Made by a program: the position numbers and the translations under genes. Source: Micropruina sp. (GTDB taxonomy: Bacteria > Actinomycetota > Actinomycetes > Propionibacteriales > Propionibacteriaceae). From it: DNA of 64,000 nucleotides. The DNA lies in NCBI RefSeq assembly GCF_047607385.1, contig NZ_JASGDE010000018.1, positions 2,205 to 66,204 of the forward strand, in the 5' to 3' direction. This document shows positions 18,375 through 26,627 of this stretch, piece by piece. The notes beneath the pieces were generated by a model. The model searched no databases. It was not told the origin of the DNA and was given only the letters and a program-made list of their open reading frames with translations. Positions within the stretch are counted from its first letter, which is position 1; the number at the start of each line of letters is the position of its first letter.

Positions 18375-19295
18375 TCAGCCCGCCAGGTACAGGATGTCGG
18401 AGGTGCCGCGCTCCTTGCCCCGGCCCAACGGGTTGTTGACCAGCGCGTCGTCGAACACCATCGCCGACGATCCGCCGCCGTCCAGGTTGTAGGCGAGGGT
18501 GGCCCCGCGGTCCAGGAACAGTTGGGCGAACTCCGGCAGGCCGACCCCGCGGCTGTAGCCGGTGCTGCGGCCGTCCACCACGATCCACAGGAAATGGCCG
18601 GGCTCGATCATCCCGACCCCGGTTCTCGGCTGGTCGCCCTGGATCGAGTGGTTGCCGAAGTTGGTGTCGATCTCGATCGCGTCGATGCCGGCGACCGCCT
18701 TGCCGTCGGCCACCATCCCGGGCCCGAAGGACAGGGTGTGGAAGACGCCGTCGTCGATCAGCCGTTGCGCACTGGTCGCGGTCTCGTCGTAGAGCGCCAT
18801 CGAGCCGTCCCGGTACAGCGCGAGACCCTGCCGGGCGCCCTTGTCGCGGTAGGCGACGCCGTTGCGGACCACGATGCCGGTGTCGCGGAAGCCGTAGTAG
18901 TCGCCGTTGATCGCCAGCACCGCGTTCTTGGCGGCGGCCATCGTGGAGGGGTAGTCGATGATGTTCGACCCGAAGGAGTCCTTCGCGAAGGCCGAACGGA
19001 TCAGGGTGGCGTCGCTGGTGGTGATGTCGGCGACGAAGTAGGTGACGGCGTCCGAACCGGAGCCGGTGGAGACCTTCTCGACGGTCAGCGAGGTGCTGGC
19101 GCTGGTGTAGCGGTTGTCGCTCACCGTGCCGGTGGGTGCCGCGGTGGTGCTCTCGGTCACCGTGCCCTCGACATGTTCGATGACGTACCGGTTGAGCGCC
19201 CAGGCGGTCGTCCCGCCCAGGCCCACCACGCCGGCGGCGCCGCCGCCGAACAACAGCCTGCGGGAGACCCGCCTCGCCAGTACCGAATCGCTCAT
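18375..19295 (-). CDS. Phosphodiester glycosidase family protein (DUF2233/NAGPA-like), secreted
   Basis: N-terminal TM/Tat-like segment, AINGDYYGFRDTGIVVRNG, PRTGVGMIEPGHFLWIVVDGR, NLDGGGSS. Confidence 0.8.
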   Translation of the reverse strand: MSDSVLARRVSRRLLFGGGAAGVVGLGGTTAWALNRYVIEHVEGTVTESTTAAPTGTVSDNRYTSASTSLTVEKVSTGSGSDAVTYFVADITTSDATLIRSAFAKDSFGSNIIDYPSTMAAAKNAVLAINGDYYGFRDTGIVVRNGVAYRDKGARQGLALYRDGSMALYDETATSAQRLIDDGVFHTLSFGPGMVADGKAVAGIDAIEIDTNFGNHSIQGDQPRTGVGMIEPGHFLWIVVDGRSTGYSRGVGLPEFAQLFLDRGATLAYNLDGGGSSAMVFDDALVNNPLGRGKERGTSDILYLAG

Positions 19296-19416
19296 GGATC
19301 AGTTGTACGAAGCCGGACTGTGCGGCCGCTGTGCCCGCGCTGCGCCGGCGCTGGGCGATCCGCGGGGCCTCGGCACGGCCCTGGGCGGCCGGGACGGTGC
19401 GGCGTAGGGTGACCGC

Positions 19417-19686
19417 ATGTGTCGCAACATCCGCCCGCTGAACAACTTCGAGCCGCCGGCGTCCAGTGACGAGGTGCGCGCGGCCGCGCTGCAGTTCGTC
19501 CGCAAGGTGTCCGGGACCACCAAGCCGTCCAAGGCCAATCAGCAGTACTTCGACGAGGCGGTCGAGGAGATCGCCCAGATCACCCAGCACCTGCTCGACC
19601 ACCTGACCACCACCGCCCCGCCGAAGAACCGCGAGGTGGAGGCGGCCAAGGCCCGCGCCCGCTCCGCGGCCCGGTTCGCCAGCTGA
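19417..19686 (+). CDS. DUF2277-domain protein
   Basis: MCRNIRPLNNFEPPASSDEVRAAALQFVRKVSG is the conserved DUF2277 N-terminus. Confidence 0.8.
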   Translation: MCRNIRPLNNFEPPASSDEVRAAALQFVRKVSGTTKPSKANQQYFDEAVEEIAQITQHLLDHLTTTAPPKNREVEAAKARARSAARFAS

Positions 19687-19698
19687 GCTACGGCACCC

Positions 19699-19770
19699 GA
19701 CACCCGGACCGGGCTGGACATGCGGACGGCGCCCGACCTGCGGACCGGGCTGGACATGCGGACGGGGCCC
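19699..19770 (+). repeat. Two tandem 36-bp repeats
   Basis: cgacacccggaccgggctggacatgcggacggcgcc / cgacctgcggaccgggctggacatgcggacggggcc. A 25-nt core is identical (19705-19729 and 19741-19765). Confidence 0.7.
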
Positions 19771-19796
19771 GGACCGTCATCGGTCGGGGCCCCGTC
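19761..19796. terminator. GC-rich hairpin between convergent genes (DUF2277 and SRPBCC)
   Basis: GACGGGGCCCGGACCG-tcat-CGGTCGGGGCCCCGTC, 16-bp stem with one mismatch. Confidence 0.6.
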
Positions 19797-19819
19797 GGTG
19801 CCTGCGGAACCGCAGAAGA

Positions 19820-20233
19820 TCAGCTCGCTTGTGCGATCCGGTCGAGTGCGCTCTCCCAGTGCTGGGTGATCGCGTCGACGTCCCAACCGCCCGGGATGTG
19901 CTCGTGCCGGATCTCGACCACCGTGGAGTCCTCGGACTGCTTGACCAGGTGCAGGTCGACCAGCGATTTGGGGGCTTCGGCGTCCGCGTGCCAACTGAAG
20001 CGGATCTGCTCCAGCGGGTGATAGCTGCGTACCACGCCGTAGGTGCCGTTGTTGGATCGCCAGCTGTCGCCCTTGTCGCCGAGGAGGCCGCCCTCGCCCA
20101 GCAGTGCCTCGGCACCCACCGGGGTGGCCAGCAGCCGCCACACTTCCTTCACCGGTTGGGACACCGACCGCGCCACGACAACGGTGGTGTCCTGGGACTC
20201 TTCGAGCGAGTCGCTCGCACTCTGATCTGACAT
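19820..20233 (-). CDS. SRPBCC (START/Aha1-like) family protein
   Basis: VVVARSVSQPVKEVWRLLATPVGAEALLG...IRFSWH...VEIRHEHIP. Start taken at Met33 (MSDQSAS). Confidence 0.75.
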   Translation of the reverse strand: MSDQSASDSLEESQDTTVVVARSVSQPVKEVWRLLATPVGAEALLGEGGLLGDKGDSWRSNNGTYGVVRSYHPLEQIRFSWHADAEAPKSLVDLHLVKQSEDSTVVEIRHEHIPGGWDVDAITQHWESALDRIAQAS

Positions 20234-20734
20234 TGAAACCTCGATCCGATCGGTCCGAACCCGGTCGACGATGACCGGTAGAGCCACCATACTCCCGGCG
20301 TGACGGCCGCGTGCGGCGTGTCGATCCACAGTTGGCGAACGCTCAGCGGATAGAAAGGAGTTGCGACCGGACCGCGTATGAGGTGGTCCGGTCGAGTCGT
20401 TCCCGGACGCCGCCCGGCTGTGACAGCTGAGACAGTTGGGACGAGCAAAGCCCCTTGTGACAGGCAGATACCCGAACGCGAGACGGATCGCCGAAGTCGA
20501 CGGAAAACCTCCCCGAAAAGCCTTGCGCCGGCCCGCGATGCGGAGTAGAAATAGCTCTACGCCGGATCCGACGAACCGGAGTCGAAAGACTTCACAGGGC
20601 CGTCACCAGTGATCCGGTACACGGTAGGAGATCGGGGCTCATTGCCCGGGGAGCAATCCACGGGTGTTCCGTAAGACGAGCGGACGAGCCGGCGAGCCGA
20701 CCGGAGTTCGGGAGTCGTCTTCCCCGAGCGAACA

Positions 20735-20767
20735 GGGGCCGGACCAACTCATACTTGGTCCGGCCCC
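20735..20767. terminator. Hairpin GGGGCCGGACCAA-ctcatac-TTGGTCCGGCCCC, 3 nt beyond the mpg stop
   Basis: Perfect 13-bp stem immediately downstream of the minus-strand glycosylase gene. It also closes the 0.5-kb non-coding region on the + side. Confidence 0.7.
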
Positions 20768-20770
20768 GCC

Positions 20771-21379
20771 TTACGTTGCGGCACCATTCTCACCCGCCGC
20801 TGCGGGCGCGGCCGGCCGCAGCCGCGGGCTGGGACGGTAGACCGACACCGTCGGATCCCCGGCCAGCCAGAACCGCCACTGCCGGCGGGCAGCCACCGAC
20901 ACCCCGACCCGCGGCCCGGTCGCGATCCGTCCGCTCTCCTCCCGCCGAGGCAGCAGGTCCAGCTCGGGCTCGCCGAGGCGGCGTCCGGAATCCGCCAGGG
21001 TCAGCGCCAGCGCCTGGCCCAGGCACCCGGGTCCGCGAGCCAGCCGGACATCGGGGACGCCGGGACGCCGGGCGCGCGCGACGTCCAGCCCCTCCACCAC
21101 CTGGCCGGCACGCAGCAGCACCGCCGAGCCGCTGCCGTCCGGGCCGCAGACCAGGTTGGCGCAGATGTGAATGCCGTAGGACCGGTAGCAGTACAGCGTG
21201 CCGGGCGGCTCGAACAGGTGCCGGGTGTGCGGGCGCCAGCCCCGGTAGGCGTGCGCGGCCGGATCGTCGGCGCCGTGGTAGGCCTCCACCTCGGTGATCC
21301 GCAGCGTCACCGGCCCCACCCGGAGCCGCATCCCGAGCAGATCGGGGGCGACGGACAGGGCATCCCGGTTCAGGTCCAT
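20771..21379 (-). CDS. mpg: DNA-3-methyladenine glycosylase (Mpg/AAG family)
   Basis: MDLNRDALSVAPDLLGMRL...ITEVEAYHGADDPAAHAYRGWRPHTRHLFEPPGTLYCYRSYGIHICANLV. Only the last 202 codons of the 499-aa track ORF are credible. Confidence 0.85.
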   Translation of the reverse strand: MDLNRDALSVAPDLLGMRLRVGPVTLRITEVEAYHGADDPAAHAYRGWRPHTRHLFEPPGTLYCYRSYGIHICANLVCGPDGSGSAVLLRAGQVVEGLDVARARRPGVPDVRLARGPGCLGQALALTLADSGRRLGEPELDLLPRREESGRIATGPRVGVSVAARRQWRFWLAGDPTVSVYRPSPRLRPAAPAAAGENGAAT

Positions 21380-21415
21380 GGGCCCCAGTCTGCCCTGGAC
21401 GGGTAGTCTCGCCTG

Positions 21416-22330
21416 GTGCGATCCCCCCGAGCCCTGGCCGCGGCCGTGGTCGTGGTCACCCTGCTCGGCGGATGCACCCCGCCCACCCCGACGACGAGCC
21501 CGAGCAGCAGCCCGTCCCCGGTCGCGGTCGATCTCACCGCCCCCGAGCAGGCGCGCGCGATGATCCGCCGGCTGATCGCCAAGGCCGGCACCCCGCGGCT
21601 GATCCAGGTCGAGATCGCCAAGGAGTGGGCCGCCATCACCGTGGTCAAGGACGACCAGCCGGAGACCTGGGCCTGGCGGGACAACACCATCAAGCAGGTG
21701 GACAGCGATGTCGCCTACGTGCAGCAGCGGGTCTTCTCGATCGACGAGTTCAACATCGACAACATCGGCGGGCTGTTCCGTGCCGCCGCCGCCATCTCCG
21801 GCTCGGAGAGCGGCCAGGAACTGCAGATCGTGGACTCCTCGGCCGGCGAGCTGTTCATGAGCGTGTCCACCCTTCCGGAGTCGCGCACCGTCTTCTTCTA
21901 CCCGGACGGGGGCCTGCTGCCCACCCTCGACTTCAACACCGAGGGCGGCATCCAACGCGGCCTGGACGACGTCACCGCGACCGGCGCCAACGCCCTGGCG
22001 ATCGGGGTGCAGTCGAATCTGGGCGCCTGGGTCGACCTGCCCGGCAGCGCCACCACCACGATCCGGCGGCTGCGCACCTCCACCGTCCCGGTCACCATCA
22101 ACGAGCGGTCGCAGCGCTCCGATCTGCCCACCTTCAGCGTGTCCCGGGTACGGGCGTCCGCGATCTGGCGAGTGCTCGCCGACGCCCGGCTCAAGGGCCT
22201 GTTCGACGCCGGCACCCGCTGGCAGGTGACCGTGGACGACCGGGAGCGCACCGGCATCCCCCGGATGCACTTCACCATCGGAAGCACCTCGCTGACCACC
22301 GACCTGGACGGCCAGGAACTCACCCGCTGA
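21416..22330 (+). CDS. Hypothetical lipoprotein
   Basis: Lipobox VVTLLGGC followed by a Pro/Ser/Thr linker. No domain recognised. Confidence 0.7.
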   Translation: MRSPRALAAAVVVVTLLGGCTPPTPTTSPSSSPSPVAVDLTAPEQARAMIRRLIAKAGTPRLIQVEIAKEWAAITVVKDDQPETWAWRDNTIKQVDSDVAYVQQRVFSIDEFNIDNIGGLFRAAAAISGSESGQELQIVDSSAGELFMSVSTLPESRTVFFYPDGGLLPTLDFNTEGGIQRGLDDVTATGANALAIGVQSNLGAWVDLPGSATTTIRRLRTSTVPVTINERSQRSDLPTFSVSRVRASAIWRVLADARLKGLFDAGTRWQVTVDDRERTGIPRMHFTIGSTSLTTDLDGQELTR

Positions 22331-22387
22331 ACCGCTGGGCCCGGACGCCGCCCGGGTCCTCCCCCGCCCGCACTTTCCCCAGCCGAC

Positions 22388-22453
22388 AAGGCCCTGCCTA
22401 ACTATCTGCGCCCTCCCGCATGCGGGAGGGCGCAGATAGTTAGGCAGGGCCTT
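22388..22453. repeat. Perfect 66-bp palindrome (33+33) with CCTAACTAT core; bidirectional terminator-like element
   Basis: AAGGCCCTGCCTAACTATCTGCGCCCTCCCGCA followed by its exact reverse complement. It lies between convergent stops (22330 and 22472) and is followed by TTTT. Confidence 0.85.
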
Positions 22454-22471
22454 TTCGTGGCTCGGCGGTGC

Positions 22472-23320
22472 TCAGGCGGCGAAGGTGTCACACTGCCGGG
22501 GATCCCCGGAGTTGAATCCTCTGGTCAGCCAGTCCTGCCGTTGCTTCGCCGACCCGTGCGTCCAGGACTCCCGGTCGACCCGTCCGGTGGACTGCTCCTG
22601 GATCCGGTCGTCACCCACCGCGCGGGCGGCGTCCGCGGCCCGCAGCATGTCGTCGCGGGTCACCGCGGCGATCGGGGACGCAGCGTCCTTGGCCGCGTTC
22701 GCCAGCCACACCCCCGCGTAGCAGTCGGCCTGCAGTTCGAGCTTCACCTGGGGCGAGTTGGGCCCGGTCTGGTTGCCCGCCTGCTGCGCCCGCTCCAGCA
22801 CGCCGGTCAGGTTGGAGATGTGATGCCCGTACTCGTGGGCGATCACGTAGGCCTCGGCGGCGTCCCCGCCCTTGGCGCCGAGTTGCCGGGTGAGCTGGTC
22901 GAAGAAGCCGGTGTCCAGATAGACCACCCGGTCGACCGGGCAGTAGAACGGCCCCACCGCGGACGTCGCGGTACCGCAGGCGGTGCTCACCCGGCCGGTG
23001 AAGATGTTGGTGGTGGTCGGCTGGTAGCCAGGCAGCGCCTTGCTCCAGTACGCCTGGATCGAGTTGGTGTAGGCGACGAACCGGCAATCGCGGTTCTGCT
23101 CGATGTCGGCCCCCGTGCGGCACTGGGCATAGCTGTCGGTGTTCTGCTGCGGCCCGGCCTCGGTACCGCTGAGCAGCGCGCTCGGGTCGAAGCCGAGGAA
23201 GACCGCCAGCAGCACGATCACCAGGCCGCCGACGCCGCCGACGGCCAGCTTGCCGCCCGCCGCTCCGGAACTGCTGCGCACCTGCGAGCTGTCCAGGCCC
23301 GCCGAGTCCCTGTACTGCAC
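22472..23320 (-). CDS. Neutral zinc metallopeptidase (YpfJ-like)
   Basis: N-terminal TM, FYCPVDRVVYLDTGFF, HExxH as YVIAHEYGHHISN, ELQADCYAGVW. Confidence 0.85.
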   Translation of the reverse strand: MQYRDSAGLDSSQVRSSSGAAGGKLAVGGVGGLVIVLLAVFLGFDPSALLSGTEAGPQQNTDSYAQCRTGADIEQNRDCRFVAYTNSIQAYWSKALPGYQPTTTNIFTGRVSTACGTATSAVGPFYCPVDRVVYLDTGFFDQLTRQLGAKGGDAAEAYVIAHEYGHHISNLTGVLERAQQAGNQTGPNSPQVKLELQADCYAGVWLANAAKDAASPIAAVTRDDMLRAADAARAVGDDRIQEQSTGRVDRESWTHGSAKQRQDWLTRGFNSGDPRQCDTFAA

Positions 23321-23446
23321 CGTCCGCTCCTTCGCCGCGAGAGTGTGACTGAGTGTACGTGCGGACGCCGTCGACGGTCAGCCCGCAGCCGGGGTGCGCC
23401 GGGGAGTCGGTTTGGTCTGCCCAAAACCCTCGGTCATCATGGGCAG

Positions 23447-24172
23447 ATGCAGATCGTCGGCGTCGTGGTCGCGGGCGGAGCGAGCGTCTTCGCCCGTCCG
23501 CTCGAGCATGGCGCCGATCCGCATCAACTGGCCTGGGAACTCGGCTACCGAATCGTCCGGCCGCTGTCGGCGACCGGCCAGGGCGACGAGCTGACCCTGA
23601 CCGTGCAGGTCTCGGCCCACGGCCGGGCGGTGTCCAGTCGCGGGCTGCGTCGCCGCCGGGCGCTCGACCCCGGCCTGACCGAGGACGAACTCGGCGACCC
23701 GTTGGTCCGGCAGCGGCTGGCCGCCTATGCGATCGTGCTGAGCCGCCGGGGGCTGCTGGCCACCGAGTTCTCCGAGCGCACCGCGGTTCCGCACTCGTGG
23801 GGGCTGCCGGGCGGCGGCATCGACCCGGGTGAGAATCCCAGCCAGGCGGTGATTCGCGAGGCCGTGGAGGAAACCGACCAGCACGTCGAAATCTCCCAGC
23901 TGCTGGACGTCCAGACCGACCACTGGATCGGACGCTCGCCGCGCGGTGTCGTCGAGGACTTCCACGCCGTCCGGATCATCTATGCGGCGACCTGCCCGGA
24001 GCCCACCGACCCGGTGGTCCGGGACGTCGGGGGCACCACGGCGTCCGCTCGCTGGGTGCCGCTGAACCAGTGGCACCGGCTGCACTGGGCGGCCGGGTCC
24101 CGGGCACTGCTGGACCGCCATCTGGCCACGCTGGCCGCCCGGTTCGGCTACCGCCGACGCAACGCCGGCTGA
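23447..24172 (+). CDS. NUDIX hydrolase
   Basis: Nudix box GLPGGGIDPGENPSQAVIREAVEETD. Start at ATG 23447 (MQIVGVVVAGG). The upstream 330 codons of the track ORF are antisense to the metallopeptidase gene. Confidence 0.75.
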   Translation: MQIVGVVVAGGASVFARPLEHGADPHQLAWELGYRIVRPLSATGQGDELTLTVQVSAHGRAVSSRGLRRRRALDPGLTEDELGDPLVRQRLAAYAIVLSRRGLLATEFSERTAVPHSWGLPGGGIDPGENPSQAVIREAVEETDQHVEISQLLDVQTDHWIGRSPRGVVEDFHAVRIIYAATCPEPTDPVVRDVGGTTASARWVPLNQWHRLHWAAGSRALLDRHLATLAARFGYRRRNAG

Positions 24173-24198
24173 GGCGTCCGGCCTCCTCCCCCATCGAC

Positions 24199-24258
24199 CG
24201 CTCGCCTAACTATTTAGCGCTCGCTGAGTTCAGCGAGCGGGAAATAGTTAGGCGAGCG
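24199..24258. repeat. 60-bp compound hairpin with CGCTCGCCTAACTAT outer stem (same family as 41714-41775)
   Basis: CGCTCGCCTAACTATTT ... AAATAGTTAGGCGAGCG forms a 17-bp outer stem, with inner stem GCTCGCTGA-GT-TCAGCGAGC. It lies between convergent stops (24172 and 24330). Confidence 0.85.
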
Positions 24259-24329
24259 CTGCGTCGGGGGGACGCGGAAACGCGACAACGCCGCCGGACG
24301 GACCCGGCGGCGTTGTGACGAGATCGAGG

Positions 24330-25166
24330 TCAGTTGGACCGGAAGTAGGACAGCAGCCGCAGCATCTCGATGTAGAGCCAGACCATGGTGACGGTCAGGC
24401 CGAAGGCGCCGCGCCAGGACTCCGACTCGGGGGCGCGCATCGCGATGCCCTGCTCGATGTAGTCGAAGTCGAGGATCAGGTTGAACACCGCCAGCCCCAC
24501 GCCGATCGCGGAGATCAGCAGCAGGAAGGCCAGGTTGCCGCCCGAGAACAGGAAGCCCATGCCGAACAGCGACAGCACGAAGTTCACCAGCAGGACGGCG
24601 GCGTAGGCCATGGTGCCGATCATCACCATCTTGCGGAACTTGTTGTTGACCTTGATCCGGAAGAACTTGTAGGCGCCGAGCGTGGCAGCGGCGGTGATCA
24701 GCGTCGCCATCACCGCGGTCGGGACGATGCCGCCCCAGGCGGACTCGTAGACCTTGCTGACAGCACCGATGAAGACACCCTCGATGGCGGCGTAGGCCAG
24801 CACCATCCCCGGGTTGATCACCCGCCGCGCGGAGACCAGCAGGACGGTGACGAAGCCCACCAGCGCACTGACGATCATCGCCGGCAGCAACAGCGTCCGC
24901 GGCAGGAACATGAAGGTCAGCGCGGCGGAGGCGATGACGGTGCCCATCGTGATCGCCGACTTGGTGATCACGTCGTCGATGGTCATCACCCCGCGGGTCG
25001 CCTGGACCGGATCCTGCGGGTACTGCTGGCCGGGGAAGGGCTGGCCCGGCTGCTGATAGCCGAACTGACCCTGCGGCTGGCCGTACTGCTGGTAGCCGTA
25101 CGGGTTCTGTTGCTGTTGCGGGGTGAAAGCATCCGGCCTCGAGAGAACGGGGTTGGAGCTACGCAT
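24330..25166 (-). CDS. Bax inhibitor-1/YccA family membrane protein
   Basis: Gln/Pro/Tyr-rich N-terminus followed by 7 TM segments and a C-terminal LYIEMLRLLSYF, as in BI-1/YccA proteins. Confidence 0.85.
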   Translation of the reverse strand: MRSSNPVLSRPDAFTPQQQQNPYGYQQYGQPQGQFGYQQPGQPFPGQQYPQDPVQATRGVMTIDDVITKSAITMGTVIASAALTFMFLPRTLLLPAMIVSALVGFVTVLLVSARRVINPGMVLAYAAIEGVFIGAVSKVYESAWGGIVPTAVMATLITAAATLGAYKFFRIKVNNKFRKMVMIGTMAYAAVLLVNFVLSLFGMGFLFSGGNLAFLLLISAIGVGLAVFNLILDFDYIEQGIAMRAPESESWRGAFGLTVTMVWLYIEMLRLLSYFRSN

Positions 25167-25299
25167 GTGGGTTTCTTCCTCCTAGTGGATGTGCATCCAT
25201 AGTAGGTAACGCGCGGAACGCCGGGAAGCTTCCCACCCCCGGTTCCTCCCTGAGTCGGCGACCCGAAACCGCGCCGGAGGGGGCGGCAACCGCCCTCGG

Positions 25300-25875
25300 T
25301 CAGCTCCGGGGACCGAGGACCCGCTCCACCAGGACGCCCACCGCCGCGTCGGGATCGGCGTCCGGATCGAGCGGGACGGTGAGCTGGTCGAGGATCAGGC
25401 CATCGAGTGCGTAGTGGAACAGGACGATGGCGGCGCGGTCGCCGGGCAGCCCCATCCGTTCGGTGAACTCGACGTCGGCGCGCAGTTCCTGGCGTTGCCA
25501 GGTGTTCAGAATGTCGGCGACATGGGGCCGGCGGGTCGCCTCGAGTCGCAGTTCGAACAGGGCGATGGCGGCGTCCCGGTCGGCGGTGAGGCGATGGACG
25601 ATGTCGCGCAGGTAGGCGGCGAACAGGGTCCGGTCCGGCGTCCGCTCGGCGAGAGCCGCATGCACCCGAGGGTCGGGCTGAAGACGCTCGCCGATCCGCA
25701 GCAGGATCGCGTCCACGATCTCGTCGCGGGATGCGAAGTAATTGGACGCGGTGCCGGTCGGAACCGCGGCCTCGGCGTCGACCGCCCGGTGGGTCAGCCC
25801 GCGGGCGCCCTGCCGGGCCAGCACCCGTACCGCCGCATCGGCGAGCACGGTGCGGCGCTCCGCGTTTCGTGGCAC
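25300..25875 (-). CDS. TetR/AcrR family transcriptional regulator
   Basis: RRTVLADAAVRVLARQGARGLTHRAVDAEAAVPTGTASNYFASRDEI is a TetR HTH. Confidence 0.85.
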   Translation of the reverse strand: MPRNAERRTVLADAAVRVLARQGARGLTHRAVDAEAAVPTGTASNYFASRDEIVDAILLRIGERLQPDPRVHAALAERTPDRTLFAAYLRDIVHRLTADRDAAIALFELRLEATRRPHVADILNTWQRQELRADVEFTERMGLPGDRAAIVLFHYALDGLILDQLTVPLDPDADPDAAVGVLVERVLGPRS

Positions 25876-25891
25876 CTCGCCAACCTATCGC

Positions 25892-25941
25892 AATCACTAC
25901 CGATGTCGTGGTAGATTCCAACCACGACATCAGTAGTGATT
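25892..25941. promoter_or_regulatory. 50-bp inverted repeat (21-bp arms, one mismatch), probable TetR operator
   Basis: AATCACTACCGATGTCGTGGT-agattcca-ACCACGACATCAGTAGTGATT lies in the divergent gap between the TetR gene and the RibD_C-like gene. Confidence 0.6.
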
Positions 25942-25950
25942 GGAGCCGCC

Positions 25951-26523
25951 GTGCGCGAGTTGGTCTACTACGTGGCAGTCTCGATCGACGGCTACATCGC
26001 CGCTCCGGACGGCAGCTACGACGCCTTCCCGCTGGAAGGCGATCACCTGAGCGTGATCGTGGGCGAGTTCGCCGACGCGCTCCCCGCCCACGTCCTGACC
26101 GCGCTGGGCATCGAGCCGCCGCGAACCCGGTTCGACACGGTGATCCAGGGTCGGCACAGCTATGACATCGCCCGCACGGTCGGCATCGAACGTCCGTACG
26201 CGCAGCTGCGCGAATATGTGGCGACCCGCTCGGAGACGACGCCACCCGAGGGCGTCACGTTCACCGCGGACGCCCTCGCCACCGTCCGGGCGTTGAAACG
26301 GGAGGACGGGTTGGCGATCTACCTGTGCGGCGGAGGCGAACTGGCCGGGGCGCTGCTGCCCGAGATCGACCGGCTGGTGCTGAAACGCAACCCCGTGGTG
26401 CTGGGCGCCGGCATCCCGATGTTCGGCGGCGGCACAGCTGCCCCGGTCAGGTCGTTTCGACTGGTCAGCGCGCGGACGTTCAACTCCGGCGTCGTGGTCG
26501 AAGAGTACGAACGGGTGAGCTGA
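25951..26523 (+). CDS. Dihydrofolate-reductase-like (RibD C-terminal domain) family protein
   Basis: VRELVYYVAVSIDGYIAAPDGSYD...IYLCGGGELAGALL. GTG 25951 is preferred over GTG 25936, which lies inside the operator palindrome. Confidence 0.8.
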   Translation: MRELVYYVAVSIDGYIAAPDGSYDAFPLEGDHLSVIVGEFADALPAHVLTALGIEPPRTRFDTVIQGRHSYDIARTVGIERPYAQLREYVATRSETTPPEGVTFTADALATVRALKREDGLAIYLCGGGELAGALLPEIDRLVLKRNPVVLGAGIPMFGGGTAAPVRSFRLVSARTFNSGVVVEEYERVS

Positions 26524-26627
26524 CCTCCGCGGCTCCCGGACGGCTCGTCGGCGACCTCGGGTCACTCCGCCCAGAAGTCGATGTAGTTGCCGTCGGTGGC
26601 CAGCCCTCGTCGCATCGGGCTGCTGGG

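Noticed and set aside
16780-19602. 940-aa minus-strand ORF
   Set aside because: It is out of frame with and overlaps the credible GT2/GtrA and phosphodiester-glycosidase genes on the same strand, and it is antisense to the CoA-binding gene. It is extremely Arg/Pro/Gly-rich.
20619-20653. Resemblance of ACACGGUAGGAGAU...GCCCGGGGAG to the 3' half of the guanidine-I (ykkC) riboswitch, and of GCUGAGA at about 20427 to a TPP box
   Set aside because: The matching 5' halves are absent. No gene lies downstream on the + strand before the terminator. The similarity rests on my memory of the consensus only.
20234-20733. RNase P RNA, tmRNA or SRP RNA in the 0.5-kb ORF-free region
   Set aside because: I could not find GGAAAGUCCGG or ACAGAACCCGGCUUA (RNase P), a tRNA-like 3' end or tag ORF (tmRNA), or GGAAGCAGCC (SRP) on either strand. 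The identity stays open.
22457-24172. 571-aa ORF as a single large NUDIX protein
   Set aside because: The first roughly 330 codons are antisense to the zinc metallopeptidase gene and are compositionally aberrant. Only the 241 codons from ATG 23447 look real.
26562-26615. Short G/C3-rich frame (MRRGLATDGNYIDFWAE*) immediately 3' of the UAA-anticodon tRNA, possibly a gene remnant
   Set aside because: It is only 17 codons and the upstream frame runs into the tRNA. That is too short to distinguish from chance.
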